NCBI GenBank assembly: GCA_963704655.1 | Contig: OY969927.1 | Location: forward strand, 384,001 to 448,000 | Direction of reading: 5' to 3' | DNA length: 64,000 bases | From: an uncultured Candidatus Babeliaceae bacterium | GTDB taxonomy: Bacteria; Babelota; Babeliae; Babelales; Babelaceae | In this document: in pieces, positions 1-9,314 of the stretch | Position numbering within the stretch: position 1 is the first letter of the stretch | Layout: each line of letters begins with the position of its first letter | Made by a program: the position numbers and the translations under genes | Notes under the pieces: model-generated | Told to the model about the DNA's origin: nothing | The model's database searches: none | The model's input: only the letters and a program-made list of their open reading frames with translations

Positions 1-2
1 GC

Positions 3-1361
3 AGTGTATTTTTTCAACATCTTTATTCACAAGAGCCAAATACGGTTTTAGGTATCGTTTCAGACCCCAATGCTACAATTGCTTATCCAGATGCTATAAC
101 TATAACACCCGATGGGCTCTATGCCTATGTCGCTAATGAGAAGCCAACACTAAGCATAGTTGATCTAAATCCTTTAAATCCGACTTATAACTCAGTAATT
201 GGTGTAGTATCTGGTCTTAATTCCCCTAGCGCTTTAGCAGCAACATTTGATAACAAATACCTGTATGTTGCTAATTATTATGACGGTGTGAGTATAGTAG
301 ATAGAGCAACCAACACGGTAACCGGTGCTGTTGAAGATACAGGTTTTCCTTTTCTTGGTCCATATAGCGTGGCAATAACACCTAATAATCTCTATGCCTA
401 TGTCGCTAATTATGGTATTAACTTCACTGCCGGTACCACAGTAAATATTGTTGATTTAGATCCATTATCTACCAACTACAACAAAGTTATTGGTATTGTA
501 TCAGATCCTAGTGATACTTTTAATGGCCCTAGCGCAATAGCGATAACACCAGATGGGCTTCATGCCTACGTTGCTAATTATGGCTTTCCAGACGGTGGTA
601 CCACAGTAAGTATTGTTGATCTAGATCCATTATCAACCGACTACAACAAAGTTATTGGTATTGTATCAGATGCTGGCAATACTATACAAACACCAAATGC
701 AATAACAATAACGCCCGATGGAACGCGTGCCTATGTTGCAAATAATAATGGAAACACTGTCAGTATTATTGATTTAGATCCACTATCTGACAATTACAAT
801 AGAGTTATTGGCACAGTATTAGACCCTCTTTCTACCATCAATGCTCCTACTGATGTGGCAATAACACCTGATAATCTTTATGCCTATGTTGCAAATAATA
901 ATGGAAACACTGTAAGTATAGTAAGTTTAGAAAACAATACGGTAATAGGGACGGCGATAGATCCAAATTTCACTCTTAATGGACCATACTGGCTTGATGT
1001 AACACCTAATGGCAGCTATGTATATGTGGCTAATATTAGTGGCAGCAGTGTGAGTATTATAGGTTCAGATATAGTAAATAATTTCAGCGGATGTAAACGA
1101 AAGAATCTTTTTCTGAATCAAGTTGATAATTACAATCATCTTACCTGGTCTGCTCCAAATAACTTTATTGCAGTGAGTTACCAAATATATCGAGATGCAG
1201 CCCTTACGCAGCTTGTCGCTACAGTTCCTGCTTCGGGAATATTGCAATACGATGACCATAATAGAAACCCAAATGTGAATTATGGTTATTATATAGTTGG
1301 TGTAAATGCTTTAGGTGCTCAATCAGGTTTTGCAGCAACCACTGTTACACAATCTTGTTAA
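3..1361 (+). CDS. YVTN/YncE-type beta-propeller repeat surface protein with C-terminal FN3-like domain (5'-truncated by window edge)
   Basis: Frame is open from nt 3 (SVFFQHLYSQEPNT...), upstream of the listed GTG at 288. Repeated AITPDG-x-AYVAN-x-TVSIVD units; C-terminal LTWSAP...YQIYRD...YYIVGVN. Confidence 0.85.
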   Translation, partial: SVFFQHLYSQEPNTVLGIVSDPNATIAYPDAITITPDGLYAYVANEKPTLSIVDLNPLNPTYNSVIGVVSGLNSPSALAATFDNKYLYVANYYDGVSIVDRATNTVTGAVEDTGFPFLGPYSVAITPNNLYAYVANYGINFTAGTTVNIVDLDPLSTNYNKVIGIVSDPSDTFNGPSAIAITPDGLHAYVANYGFPDGGTTVSIVDLDPLSTDYNKVIGIVSDAGNTIQTPNAITITPDGTRAYVANNNGNTVSIIDLDPLSDNYNRVIGTVLDPLSTINAPTDVAITPDNLYAYVANNNGNTVSIVSLENNTVIGTAIDPNFTLNGPYWLDVTPNGSYVYVANISGSSVSIIGSDIVNNFSGCKRKNLFLNQVDNYNHLTWSAPNNFIAVSYQIYRDAALTQLVATVPASGILQYDDHNRNPNVNYGYYIVGVNALGAQSGFAATTVTQSC

Positions 1362-1410
1362 CTCTGGGAAAAGACTTTAATGTCTGATAATTAAACTTCT
1401 GTTTTTCATA

Positions 1411-1434
1411 AAGGGGCTCTTTTTCGAGCCCCTT
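1411..1434. terminator. Bidirectional intrinsic terminator
   Basis: AAGGGGCTC/GAGCCCCTT stem between convergent genes. Confidence 0.7.
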
Positions 1435-1478
1435 ACTTTCTTTATCTTTTATTAATCATATTTTTTCTCATTTATATC

Positions 1479-1524
1479 CCCAACCCTTCGACTTCGCTAC
1501 GCTCCGCTCTGGGTGAGCGGTGGG
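1479..1524. repeat. REP-like palindromic element (CCCTTCGAC...GGTGAGCGG family)
   Basis: Shares CCCTTCGAC and GA/GTGAGCGG motifs with copies at 3088, 4576, 4670 and 43568. Confidence 0.75.
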
Positions 1525-1588
1525 TGATATCAACCGAATTTATCGAGATAGAGTAACATTTAAAGAAAGCTTATCTATCAATTAATCA

Positions 1589-3055
1589 CTAATATGACTT
1601 TGCAACCATAACATCGCTTGGGCTTTCTAAGTCACAATTAAAACAGGTTAAAAACTGTTTCTCTTCAATAATACAGCGTGTTGTTGCTTGATATTCTTTG
1701 AGCTTAGCTTCACATTCACGTGAGCGGCACCAGCCCGTTTGATAAAAGCCACCTTTGTCTTTAAGATCTTCTGCAAATTCAGCAAGTTTTGCTCGCTTGT
1801 GCCACTGGCTCGCGCGGCGTTCGCGCGCACGCTCAAAAAGCATTGTTTGAACTTCAGAAAGGGTTGTCTCAACTGTTTTTGATAAATCCTGCCATGCAAC
1901 AGTTTGCTTAATTCCCGTTACACGGTTGGTTATTACCGCAACCTGTTGTGCTATATCACGCGGGCCAACTTCGATGCGTAGTGGCACACCCTTAAGCTCC
2001 CACTGATAAAACTTAGCGCCCGGAGTAGTGTGTGTTTCGGCATCAACTTTAACTCTAAACTGTTTGCCTAAATTGTCCTTAAGTGCACAAGCCGCAGCTT
2101 CAACTTCGTTATTGGGCATATTTTTATTATAAATAGGAATAATGATAATCTGAATAGGCGCAATGCGTGGCGGCATTATAAGACCTTTTTGGTCACCATG
2201 CGTCATAATAAGCGCGCCAATAAGGCGGGTAGTAACTGCCCAACTAGTAAGATATGGGTATGATTCGCCACCATTACGGTCCTGGTACTTCATGCCAAAT
2301 GCGTGAGCAAAGCCTTGGGAGATCATATGTGATGTTCCCATTTGTAATGCCTTACCATCTTGCATTAATGCTTCAAAGGTAAGCGTCATATCCGCACCGG
2401 CAAACTTTTCTGATTCAGATTTTTTACCTGCAATTACTGGTATTGCAAGATAGTTTTCTGCAAGATCGACATATTCAAGCAGCATAGTATGTGTTTCTAA
2501 AAGCGCTTCTTCCTGTGTTTCATGCGCCGTGTGTCCCTCTTGCCACCAAAATTCTGTAGTGCGTAAAAAGGGGCGCGAGCGCATTTCCCAGCGGACAACA
2601 CTGGCCCACTGATTTATCTTTAATGGTAAATCGCGCCATGAGCGGATCCATTGTGCAAACATATAATGAATAATAGTTTCAGAAGTAGGGCGCACCACTA
2701 ACGGTTCATCGAGTTTTTTGCCGCCTGCGTGGGTTACCACCGCAAGCTCAGGAGCAAAGCCCTCTATATGTTCAGCTTCGCGCTTTAAAAAGGATTCTGG
2801 AATCAACAGCGGAAACTGGGCATTTTGGTGACCGGTATCTTTAATTTTTTTATCTACAACTTTTACAATCTCTTCCCATAGGGCATACCCATAAGGTCGA
2901 ATAACGATGCAGCCACGCACGGGCGCTTGATCTGCCAATTCTGCCTGGAAAACCACTTCGTGGTACCATTCAGCAAATGAACTGTTAATATCTGGCAATG
3001 CTGTCGTTGTCTGTTTGGTGCGTTCTTGCGCACCACTTTTATTCTGATCACTCAT
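1589..3055 (-). CDS. proS: Proline--tRNA ligase, archaeal/eukaryotic type
   Basis: VRPTSET, RWE...PFLRTTEFWWQEGHTAH, ALQMGTSH, GVPLRIEVGPRD; C-terminal Cys4 domain ending in Tyr. Confidence 0.97.
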   Translation of the reverse strand: MSDQNKSGAQERTKQTTTALPDINSSFAEWYHEVVFQAELADQAPVRGCIVIRPYGYALWEEIVKVVDKKIKDTGHQNAQFPLLIPESFLKREAEHIEGFAPELAVVTHAGGKKLDEPLVVRPTSETIIHYMFAQWIRSWRDLPLKINQWASVVRWEMRSRPFLRTTEFWWQEGHTAHETQEEALLETHTMLLEYVDLAENYLAIPVIAGKKSESEKFAGADMTLTFEALMQDGKALQMGTSHMISQGFAHAFGMKYQDRNGGESYPYLTSWAVTTRLIGALIMTHGDQKGLIMPPRIAPIQIIIIPIYNKNMPNNEVEAAACALKDNLGKQFRVKVDAETHTTPGAKFYQWELKGVPLRIEVGPRDIAQQVAVITNRVTGIKQTVAWQDLSKTVETTLSEVQTMLFERARERRASQWHKRAKLAEFAEDLKDKGGFYQTGWCRSRECEAKLKEYQATTRCIIEEKQFLTCFNCDLESPSDVMVAKSY

Positions 3056-3087
3056 CTTATTAGACCTTATTACGCTCTTAAAAACGA

Positions 3088-3115
3088 CCGCTCATCCTGA
3101 GCCTGTCGAAGGGTT
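3088..3115. repeat. REP-like element
   Basis: CCGCTCATCCTGAGCCTGTCGAAGGGTT, nearly the reverse complement of the core of the 4670-4708 copy. Confidence 0.75.
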
Positions 3116-3288
3116 AGCGAATTTAAAAAATATAAATTTCTTATCTTATTAGTTTACACAAACATCGTTTAATAATTAAGGGGCATTAAAGAATTTTTAA
3201 GATATATCTATAAGAATTGTAGTAAAACTTTATATACTTATATTAAGTAAGAAAAATTAGAGAAATATTATGCGACGCAAAAGGGGTA

Positions 3289-3687
3289 GTGAAATTGAAA
3301 AAGTTTCTTTATTTTATGGTTTTTTTTGGCTGGTTCCCAAGTTATGCACAATTGGTGCAGTCACAACCTTCGGTGAAATTGGAAAGAGCGTTACATCTGG
3401 CGCGTAAGGAAATTAACCGGCTTTTTTTAACACGTAGTGAACTTGAGCATCTTACAGAATATTTAGAATTTTATGCCTCGTGGTATGCGGCAGTTACACC
3501 AGCCAGTGCTGAGCTGAGAAATTCATTATCAAAACAGGCATTAGATTTTATCGCCAAAATTAAAAAGATAGCAAAACCGCTTGAGCGCAAACCGGACCGC
3601 CGACTTATGGGCGCAAGTAGACTTTCTGATGATGGCAAGAAATTCTATCAAAAAATTATTGAAGAGCTACAAAAGAAACTTTTATGA
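3289..3687 (+). CDS. Hypothetical secreted protein
   Basis: AAGGGG RBS, GTG start, basic/hydrophobic signal peptide ending SYA. Confidence 0.65.
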   Translation: MKLKKFLYFMVFFGWFPSYAQLVQSQPSVKLERALHLARKEINRLFLTRSELEHLTEYLEFYASWYAAVTPASAELRNSLSKQALDFIAKIKKIAKPLERKPDRRLMGASRLSDDGKKFYQKIIEELQKKLL

Positions 3688-3864
3688 AAATTAAAATTAG
3701 CTCAAGCATTGAAGGGCTGATTGGCAACAAAGATTTGGCCGAGGGTACTAATAGGCGCTATACAGCCGGCTATATTATGGAGCAACTAGCTATTTGGGTA
3801 TACGAAAGATAAATAAATAGAATTAGATATAGATAGTGGCGGGTTATGAGAGGAAGCATGTGAT

Positions 3865-4386
3865 ATGGCAAATGTTGAGAAAAAACAAAAGAATACTTCT
3901 GCGTTCCAAAAGCGTAATCTTCTAAAAGAAATTTATGAAAAAAAGATTACTGAAAAAGAAGCTGAAGATATTTGGCTTAATGTAGAGGGATCAAATGCTT
4001 ATGCCCAAATTGGTATAAATACCTATAAAGAACGTTTAGCTGTGGATGCCATACCCTTTAAGATATTGGCAAAATGGCGCTACGAAGGCTGGCCAACTGT
4101 TTGTGCCATATGCAATAAACCTTGCGATATGGATAAAAATGAAGGGTATCCTGTAAAGAAATGGCGCGTGAATAATAAAATTAAAAGAAATTTTATTATT
4201 CATAAAGAATGTGAACCCTTGCCTTATGCAGATTATAGAGAACTAGAAGCCTGGCATATTATTGAAAAAGCGATAGATGATTTAGAAAAGTTGCAAGAAA
4301 TACGGATAACTACTGTAAAGGATAACGTCGTTGGTTATATAGTGAGTCGTTTGGCAAGAAATAAGAAGACTAAGGAGCCGTTATGA
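3865..4386 (+). CDS. Hypothetical protein with possible Zn-binding CxxC...HxxC motif
   Basis: 173-aa ORF with GAGG RBS; CAIC and HKEC motifs. Confidence 0.6.
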   Translation: MANVEKKQKNTSAFQKRNLLKEIYEKKITEKEAEDIWLNVEGSNAYAQIGINTYKERLAVDAIPFKILAKWRYEGWPTVCAICNKPCDMDKNEGYPVKKWRVNNKIKRNFIIHKECEPLPYADYRELEAWHIIEKAIDDLEKLQEIRITTVKDNVVGYIVSRLARNKKTKEPL

Positions 4387-4575
4387 AAGAAAATAGGGCA
4401 ATTTCAGGGAAAATTCATAAAAAAGTTATGCGACGCTTATAAGATCGATTAAATCTGCATTTAGAAACGGGCGAACCAGGATTAACGATAACGCGTCTTT
4501 TGGTGGCGGCTAAATAGATGGGCAGTAGCGAGCGTGATTAAAAAATAATTTTTTATTCCCCGCAAACCCTTTCCA

Positions 4576-4708
4576 GCCGTCCCTCGATACTAAACTTCGA
4601 CTTCGCTCAGTTTCACTCGGGATGAGCGGCGGCAGACAGGCGACTGTTGTAAATAACAATCACTTTCAATTCCCAACCCTTCGACGGGCTCAGGATGAGC
4701 GGTGGGAA
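4576..4708. repeat. Two REP-like elements upstream of the recombinase
   Basis: 4576-4630 (CCCTCGATAC...CTTCGACTTCGCTCAG...GGGATGAGCGG, nested) and 4670-4708 (CCCTTCGACGGGCTCAGGATGAGCGG). Confidence 0.75.
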
Positions 4709-4880
4709 AATTGGTCAATAAAGACCAGAAAAAGTATAAAACTTTAAAGAATGCGATTGATTAGCGATAAAATCGATCTGTGGCTGCAAATCTTTTAAAA
4801 TGGCACCCCAATTGTGTATAATGCTACTTATATACAATATGCGTCAATTTTGACGATCTAGACAGTTTAAAGGAGCTGTA

Positions 4881-5846
4881 ATGAAGAATAATACTATTGC
4901 GTTAACAAGTAGCCGTGAACTTACTCACGAGCAGGCGTTATTTTTAAAAAAGGAAGCCGTTTGGAAAAACTTGGCCGACATCACCGTCGCGCAAGCGGTC
5001 AAGCAATGGCTGGCTACCCTCAAAAGTATAACAGCAAAAAATTACACAAGTGGCATTAAACAACTTGCCAAGTGTAAGCTGATAGACATGAAACTTTCCC
5101 TACAGCTTTTTTCACTTATTAACCATGATGCCATTATAGACCAGATAAAAATTTTACCCGAACTTTCTGAATGCTCCAAGCAAGCGCGCGCGGCGTGTTA
5201 TATTTCGTTCACCCGTTTTTTATCCAGAAGAACGCAGGGAGTTATACCAAAAGCAACCCCAAGTCGCGAAGGTGTTTCAAAGACTTTTTATAGGGTACGG
5301 GATAAAGTGGCTACCGAGGCAATGACCCGTGCGCAATGGACAGACTTTTTGGATGAACTCCACAAAATCAATCCACGGGATTGCCTTATTGCAAAGGTTA
5401 TTTTACAAGGGGGCAAAAGGTTATCAGAAGTTTTAAGCCTGACAACTGATAAAATTGATTTTATTAAACGTGAGATTACTTTTAGACAATCAAAGACAAA
5501 GGGCTATGAAAAAGAGACGGTAATAACGTATCCACAAACTATACTTGATGAACTGAAAAGTTATCTTGATGGTCGGCAAGGTCTTGTCTTTGTAACCAAT
5601 AAATTTAAACCGATTATGCCTAACCAACTTGCCGTTACCTTTGAAAGAGCCGGTGTCGCTGCCGGAGCACCCTTTAAGGTTACCCCGCACGTCCTGCGCG
5701 CATCGGCAATCACCTATTTAAAATTGTCCGGATATTCTGATAGTGATATCATGAAAATTTCAGGGCATGCCAACTCAGCCATGGTTAATGCTTACGACAA
5801 AAGCGACCGTGCACTTAATATTAGTAAAAAAGTGAGTTTAGTATAA
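4881..5846 (+). CDS. Tyrosine recombinase/integrase, chlamydial plasmid Pgp8 (pGP8-D)-like
   Basis: Catalytic R (GGKR), HxLR (TPHVLRA), GH and Y (AYDKS). Motifs QARAACYISFTRFL, LQGGKRxSEVLSL, ITYPQ and SDSDIMKxxGHA match my recollection of Chlamydia pGP8-D. AAGGAG RBS. Confidence 0.9.
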   Translation: MKNNTIALTSSRELTHEQALFLKKEAVWKNLADITVAQAVKQWLATLKSITAKNYTSGIKQLAKCKLIDMKLSLQLFSLINHDAIIDQIKILPELSECSKQARAACYISFTRFLSRRTQGVIPKATPSREGVSKTFYRVRDKVATEAMTRAQWTDFLDELHKINPRDCLIAKVILQGGKRLSEVLSLTTDKIDFIKREITFRQSKTKGYEKETVITYPQTILDELKSYLDGRQGLVFVTNKFKPIMPNQLAVTFERAGVAAGAPFKVTPHVLRASAITYLKLSGYSDSDIMKISGHANSAMVNAYDKSDRALNISKKVSLV

Positions 5847-5888
5847 ATTAATTACACGACGCATAAAATATAGATTGGAACATATTTT

Positions 5889-5927
5889 TAAAAGTGGCGC
5901 ACGAGGATCGACCCAGCGCCACTTTTA
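5889..5927. terminator. Hairpin/terminator after the recombinase
   Basis: 12-bp inverted repeat TAAAAGTGGCGC/GCGCCACTTTTA. Confidence 0.6.
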
Positions 5928-6058
5928 TATTGCGGCCCGACCTGCAAATAGCTAAAATGATGTAAATTATTAAAAATTTTTCTCAAAAAACTCTATCTTC
6001 TCATAGGTCACCCTTGCTATAATTATTAATAGGAAATAAATTTTATAAGGGGGATATC

Positions 6059-7783
6059 ATGAAAATAAAATTACTTTCACTACTTACGTTACTTGCAGCG
6101 CTGCAGATTCATGCGACAGAAGTTGCACCGCAAGCTGCAATTCCAGCAATTACTTTTACTGCATATCTCCATACTCCCCTTTTTACTCTTAAGGGCCATA
6201 CACAGAGTGAAAACTCGAGTGAAAACCCGAGTGTAAACTCTATCGTATTTTCACCTGATGGTACAAAAGTTGTTACTGCTTCAGATGATAAAACTGCAAA
6301 AATCTGGGATGTTGCAACGGGTGAATTACTGCACACGCTTAAAGGTCATACAGGCTATGTGTGGTCAGCCGCATTTTCACCTAATGGCAACTATATTGTT
6401 ACTGCTTCAGCAGACGGTACTGTAAAAATCTGGGATGTTGCAAATGGTACATTAATAAGAACTCTTGAGGGTCATACAGATTGGGTGATATCAGCCGCAT
6501 TTTCACCCGATAGCAGTAAATTAGTGACTGCATCCAATGATAGAACTGCAAGAATTTGGGATGCTTCAACTGGTCAAATACTACACATTCTTAAAGGGCT
6601 TGTATTATCTGCTGCATTTTCTCCTGATGGCACCAAAGTGGTGACTACATCACTAGATGGATCAACAGGAGTTTGGGATGCACGAGTTTGGGATGCACAA
6701 ACCGGTACATCCATCTTTTCACTTGCAGGTGCTTCTTGGGCAAATGATGCCGCTTTTTCACCAGATGGCACTAAAATAGTTACCGCTGTTGGAGATAACG
6801 CAAAAATCTGGGAAGTGGAAACTGGTGCTTTAATCCGCACTCTTGTAGGGCATACGCAAGGGGTAAGCTTTGCCGCCTTTTCGCCAGATGGCAGGTATGT
6901 TGTTACTGCTTCTTGGGATAATACAGCAAGAATCTGGGATGTTGAAACTGGTCAACTACAACACACACTTAAAGGACATACATATAAGTTAATATTCGCG
7001 ACATTTTCAGCCGATGGGAACTATGTTGTTACTGCTTCTTGGGATAATACTGTACGTCTCTGGGATGCTTCAAATGGACAAGAAGTATTACGAATTAGCA
7101 CACGTTCATATGGTAATGAAGAGATTATTTGGAAACCAATAGACAAAAATCATGTAATAAGTAAACCAGGAAATGATTTATCCTCCGCTGCATTTTCACC
7201 TGATGGCACCAAAGTAGCTACTGGTTGTTATAATGGCACGATAAAAATTTGGGATATTACTCAAGCGCTATTTCAGTATGAAAAATTTATAACTATAAAA
7301 TCTATTACTGATTTAAAAGAAAAATTTGAAAACATAAAAGATAAAATCTACAAGAAATTGCGCGTATTAAACACAATGTTTGCTGATCCATTATTAACTG
7401 AAAGTGAAAAGAAAAATATACATACTTTTGCTCAGAGACTGAATGGATTAAACATTTTGGGAACACAAAAGAGTAGAGAAGGTGGTATTAGAGGCGCCAT
7501 AGATACTCGGCTTATAGCTTTAAATAACTTACCAATGGAATTAGAAAAAGCCAATAATGCCCGACAGTTTGCTGATTTTAAAAAGAAGATGCTTGATATC
7601 AACAGTGATTTACAAAAAATTGAAACCCGAATGCGCGAAATCTTTCAAGATTCTCAAGTAGTTGAGCAACGCTACCAAGATGCTCTCAAGCAGAGAAGAT
7701 TTAAGGGGACCGCATATTTAGGAATGAGAAAACCCAAATCAGCTCAGGCTCAGGCGGCTCAAGAAGAACCGGAAATAGATTAA
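6059..7783 (+). CDS. Secreted WD40 protein 1 (8 repeats, coiled-coil C-terminus)
   Basis: Signal peptide MKIKLLSLLTLLAALQIHA; GH...FSPDG...TAS.D.TAKIWD repeats. Confidence 0.92.
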   Translation: MKIKLLSLLTLLAALQIHATEVAPQAAIPAITFTAYLHTPLFTLKGHTQSENSSENPSVNSIVFSPDGTKVVTASDDKTAKIWDVATGELLHTLKGHTGYVWSAAFSPNGNYIVTASADGTVKIWDVANGTLIRTLEGHTDWVISAAFSPDSSKLVTASNDRTARIWDASTGQILHILKGLVLSAAFSPDGTKVVTTSLDGSTGVWDARVWDAQTGTSIFSLAGASWANDAAFSPDGTKIVTAVGDNAKIWEVETGALIRTLVGHTQGVSFAAFSPDGRYVVTASWDNTARIWDVETGQLQHTLKGHTYKLIFATFSADGNYVVTASWDNTVRLWDASNGQEVLRISTRSYGNEEIIWKPIDKNHVISKPGNDLSSAAFSPDGTKVATGCYNGTIKIWDITQALFQYEKFITIKSITDLKEKFENIKDKIYKKLRVLNTMFADPLLTESEKKNIHTFAQRLNGLNILGTQKSREGGIRGAIDTRLIALNNLPMELEKANNARQFADFKKKMLDINSDLQKIETRMREIFQDSQVVEQRYQDALKQRRFKGTAYLGMRKPKSAQAQAAQEEPEID

Positions 7784-9300
7784 AGGGACACTATGAAGAT
7801 ACAATTACTTTCACTACTTACGCTACTTGCAGTGCAGCAGATTCATGCGACAGAAGTTGCACCGCAAGCTGCAATTCCAGCAAGTACTTTTACCGCGTAT
7901 ATCGATATTCCCCTTTTGACCCTTAAAGGACATGCCCAAAGTCTACGTTCAGCAGCTTTTTCACCAGATGGCACTAAAATAGTGACTGCTTCAGCTGATG
8001 CAACTGCAAAAATCTGGGATGCAAAAAATGGCGCATTACTCTTTACTCTTGAAGGGCATACAGCTTCTGTAAACGCAGCGCAATTTTCACCTGATGGTAA
8101 GTATATAGTCACGGCTTCAGCTGATAATACTGCAAAAATTTGGAGTGTTGAAACTGGCCAATTACTGCACACGCTTGAAGGGCATACAAAGCCGGTATCA
8201 TCAGCCTCATTTTCACCTGATGGTACCAAAGTCGTTACTGCTTCACTAGATGGATCAACAAGAGTTTGGAATGTTGCAACTTGGCAATTACAATACACTC
8301 TTCAGGGCCATACAAAGAGGGTATCCTCAGCACAATTTTCACCAGATGGCACTAAAATAGTTACAGCTTCTGCTGATGAAACTGCAAAAATCTGGGATGC
8401 TTCAACTGGTCAAGTACTACACATTCTTAAAGGTCATCCAGATGGGGTCTATTCTGCTTCATTTTCACCTGATGGCAAATTTATTGTTACTATCTTCCAT
8501 AAAGCGGCAAAAATCTGGGATGCCCAAACTGGTGCTTTAATAAGAGATCTTATAGGTCATACAGAATTTGTACTTTCAGCAGCTTTTTCACCTGATGGCA
8601 GGTATGTTGTTACTGCTTCATGGGATACTACTGCAAAAATCTGGGATGTCCAAACTGGTAGATTTATAATAACTCTTCACCATACAGGTTGGGTAAACTC
8701 TGCCTCTTTTTCTCCTGATGGCACAAAAGTTGTTACTACTTCAACGGATGGTACTGCAAAAATCTGGGATGTTACCCAAGAGCTATTTTATTATGAAAAA
8801 TTAATAACTTCAAAATCTATTGATGCTTTAAAAGCAAAATTTGAAAATATTAGAAATGAAATTTATGAAAAACTGCACGTATTGAACGCAATGTTTGGTG
8901 ATCCTGTATTAACTGAAGATTTTGACAAGAAAAGAATACACGAACTTGCTCAAGAACTTTATAAATTAAACATTTTGGGAACACAAAAGAGTAGAGAAGG
9001 TGGTATTAGAGGCGCCATAGATACACGGGTTATAGCTATAAATAACTTACCAATGGAATTGGAAAAAACTAATAATGCCCGCCAGTTTGCTGATTTTAAA
9101 AAGAAGATGCTTGATATCAACAGTGATTTACAAAAAATTGAAACCCGAATGCGCGAAATCTTTCAAGATTCTCAAGTAGTTGAGCAACGCTACCAAGATG
9201 CTCTCAAGCAGAGAAGATTTAAGGGGCCGCATATTTAGGAATGAGAAAACCCAAATCAACTCAAGCTCAGGCGGCTCAAGAAGAACCGGAAATAGATTAA
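7447..9300 (+). repeat. Near-identical ~337-bp direct repeat (7447-7783 and 8965-9300) encoding the C-terminal module of WD40 genes 1 and 2
   Basis: Sequence aligns base for base with a few substitutions and one 1-bp deletion. Confidence 0.95.
7793..9238 (+). CDS. Secreted WD40 protein 2 (7 repeats, coiled-coil C-terminus); tail frameshifted, would otherwise end at 9300
   Basis: Same signal peptide; 1-bp loss at GGGG 9223-9226 relative to gene 1. Confidence 0.9.
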   Translation: MKIQLLSLLTLLAVQQIHATEVAPQAAIPASTFTAYIDIPLLTLKGHAQSLRSAAFSPDGTKIVTASADATAKIWDAKNGALLFTLEGHTASVNAAQFSPDGKYIVTASADNTAKIWSVETGQLLHTLEGHTKPVSSASFSPDGTKVVTASLDGSTRVWNVATWQLQYTLQGHTKRVSSAQFSPDGTKIVTASADETAKIWDASTGQVLHILKGHPDGVYSASFSPDGKFIVTIFHKAAKIWDAQTGALIRDLIGHTEFVLSAAFSPDGRYVVTASWDTTAKIWDVQTGRFIITLHHTGWVNSASFSPDGTKVVTTSTDGTAKIWDVTQELFYYEKLITSKSIDALKAKFENIRNEIYEKLHVLNAMFGDPVLTEDFDKKRIHELAQELYKLNILGTQKSREGGIRGAIDTRVIAINNLPMELEKTNNARQFADFKKKMLDINSDLQKIETRMREIFQDSQVVEQRYQDALKQRRFKGPHI

Positions 9301-9314
9301 AAAAAATGGACAGT

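Noticed and set aside
5895-5914. tRNA 3'-end remnant (att site) after the recombinase: GGGTCGATCCTCGTGCGCCA on the minus strand
   Set aside because: Too short and mis-spaced for a T-arm plus acceptor strand; better explained as the loop and arm of a terminator hairpin
7447-9300. Diversity-generating retroelement (TR/VR pair)
   Set aside because: Differences between the copies are not adenine-specific and no reverse transcriptase is in the window
9180-9314. N-terminal extension of WD40 gene 3 in the ORF track
   Set aside because: It overlaps the duplicated tail sequence of gene 2; the paralogous signal peptide starts at 9315
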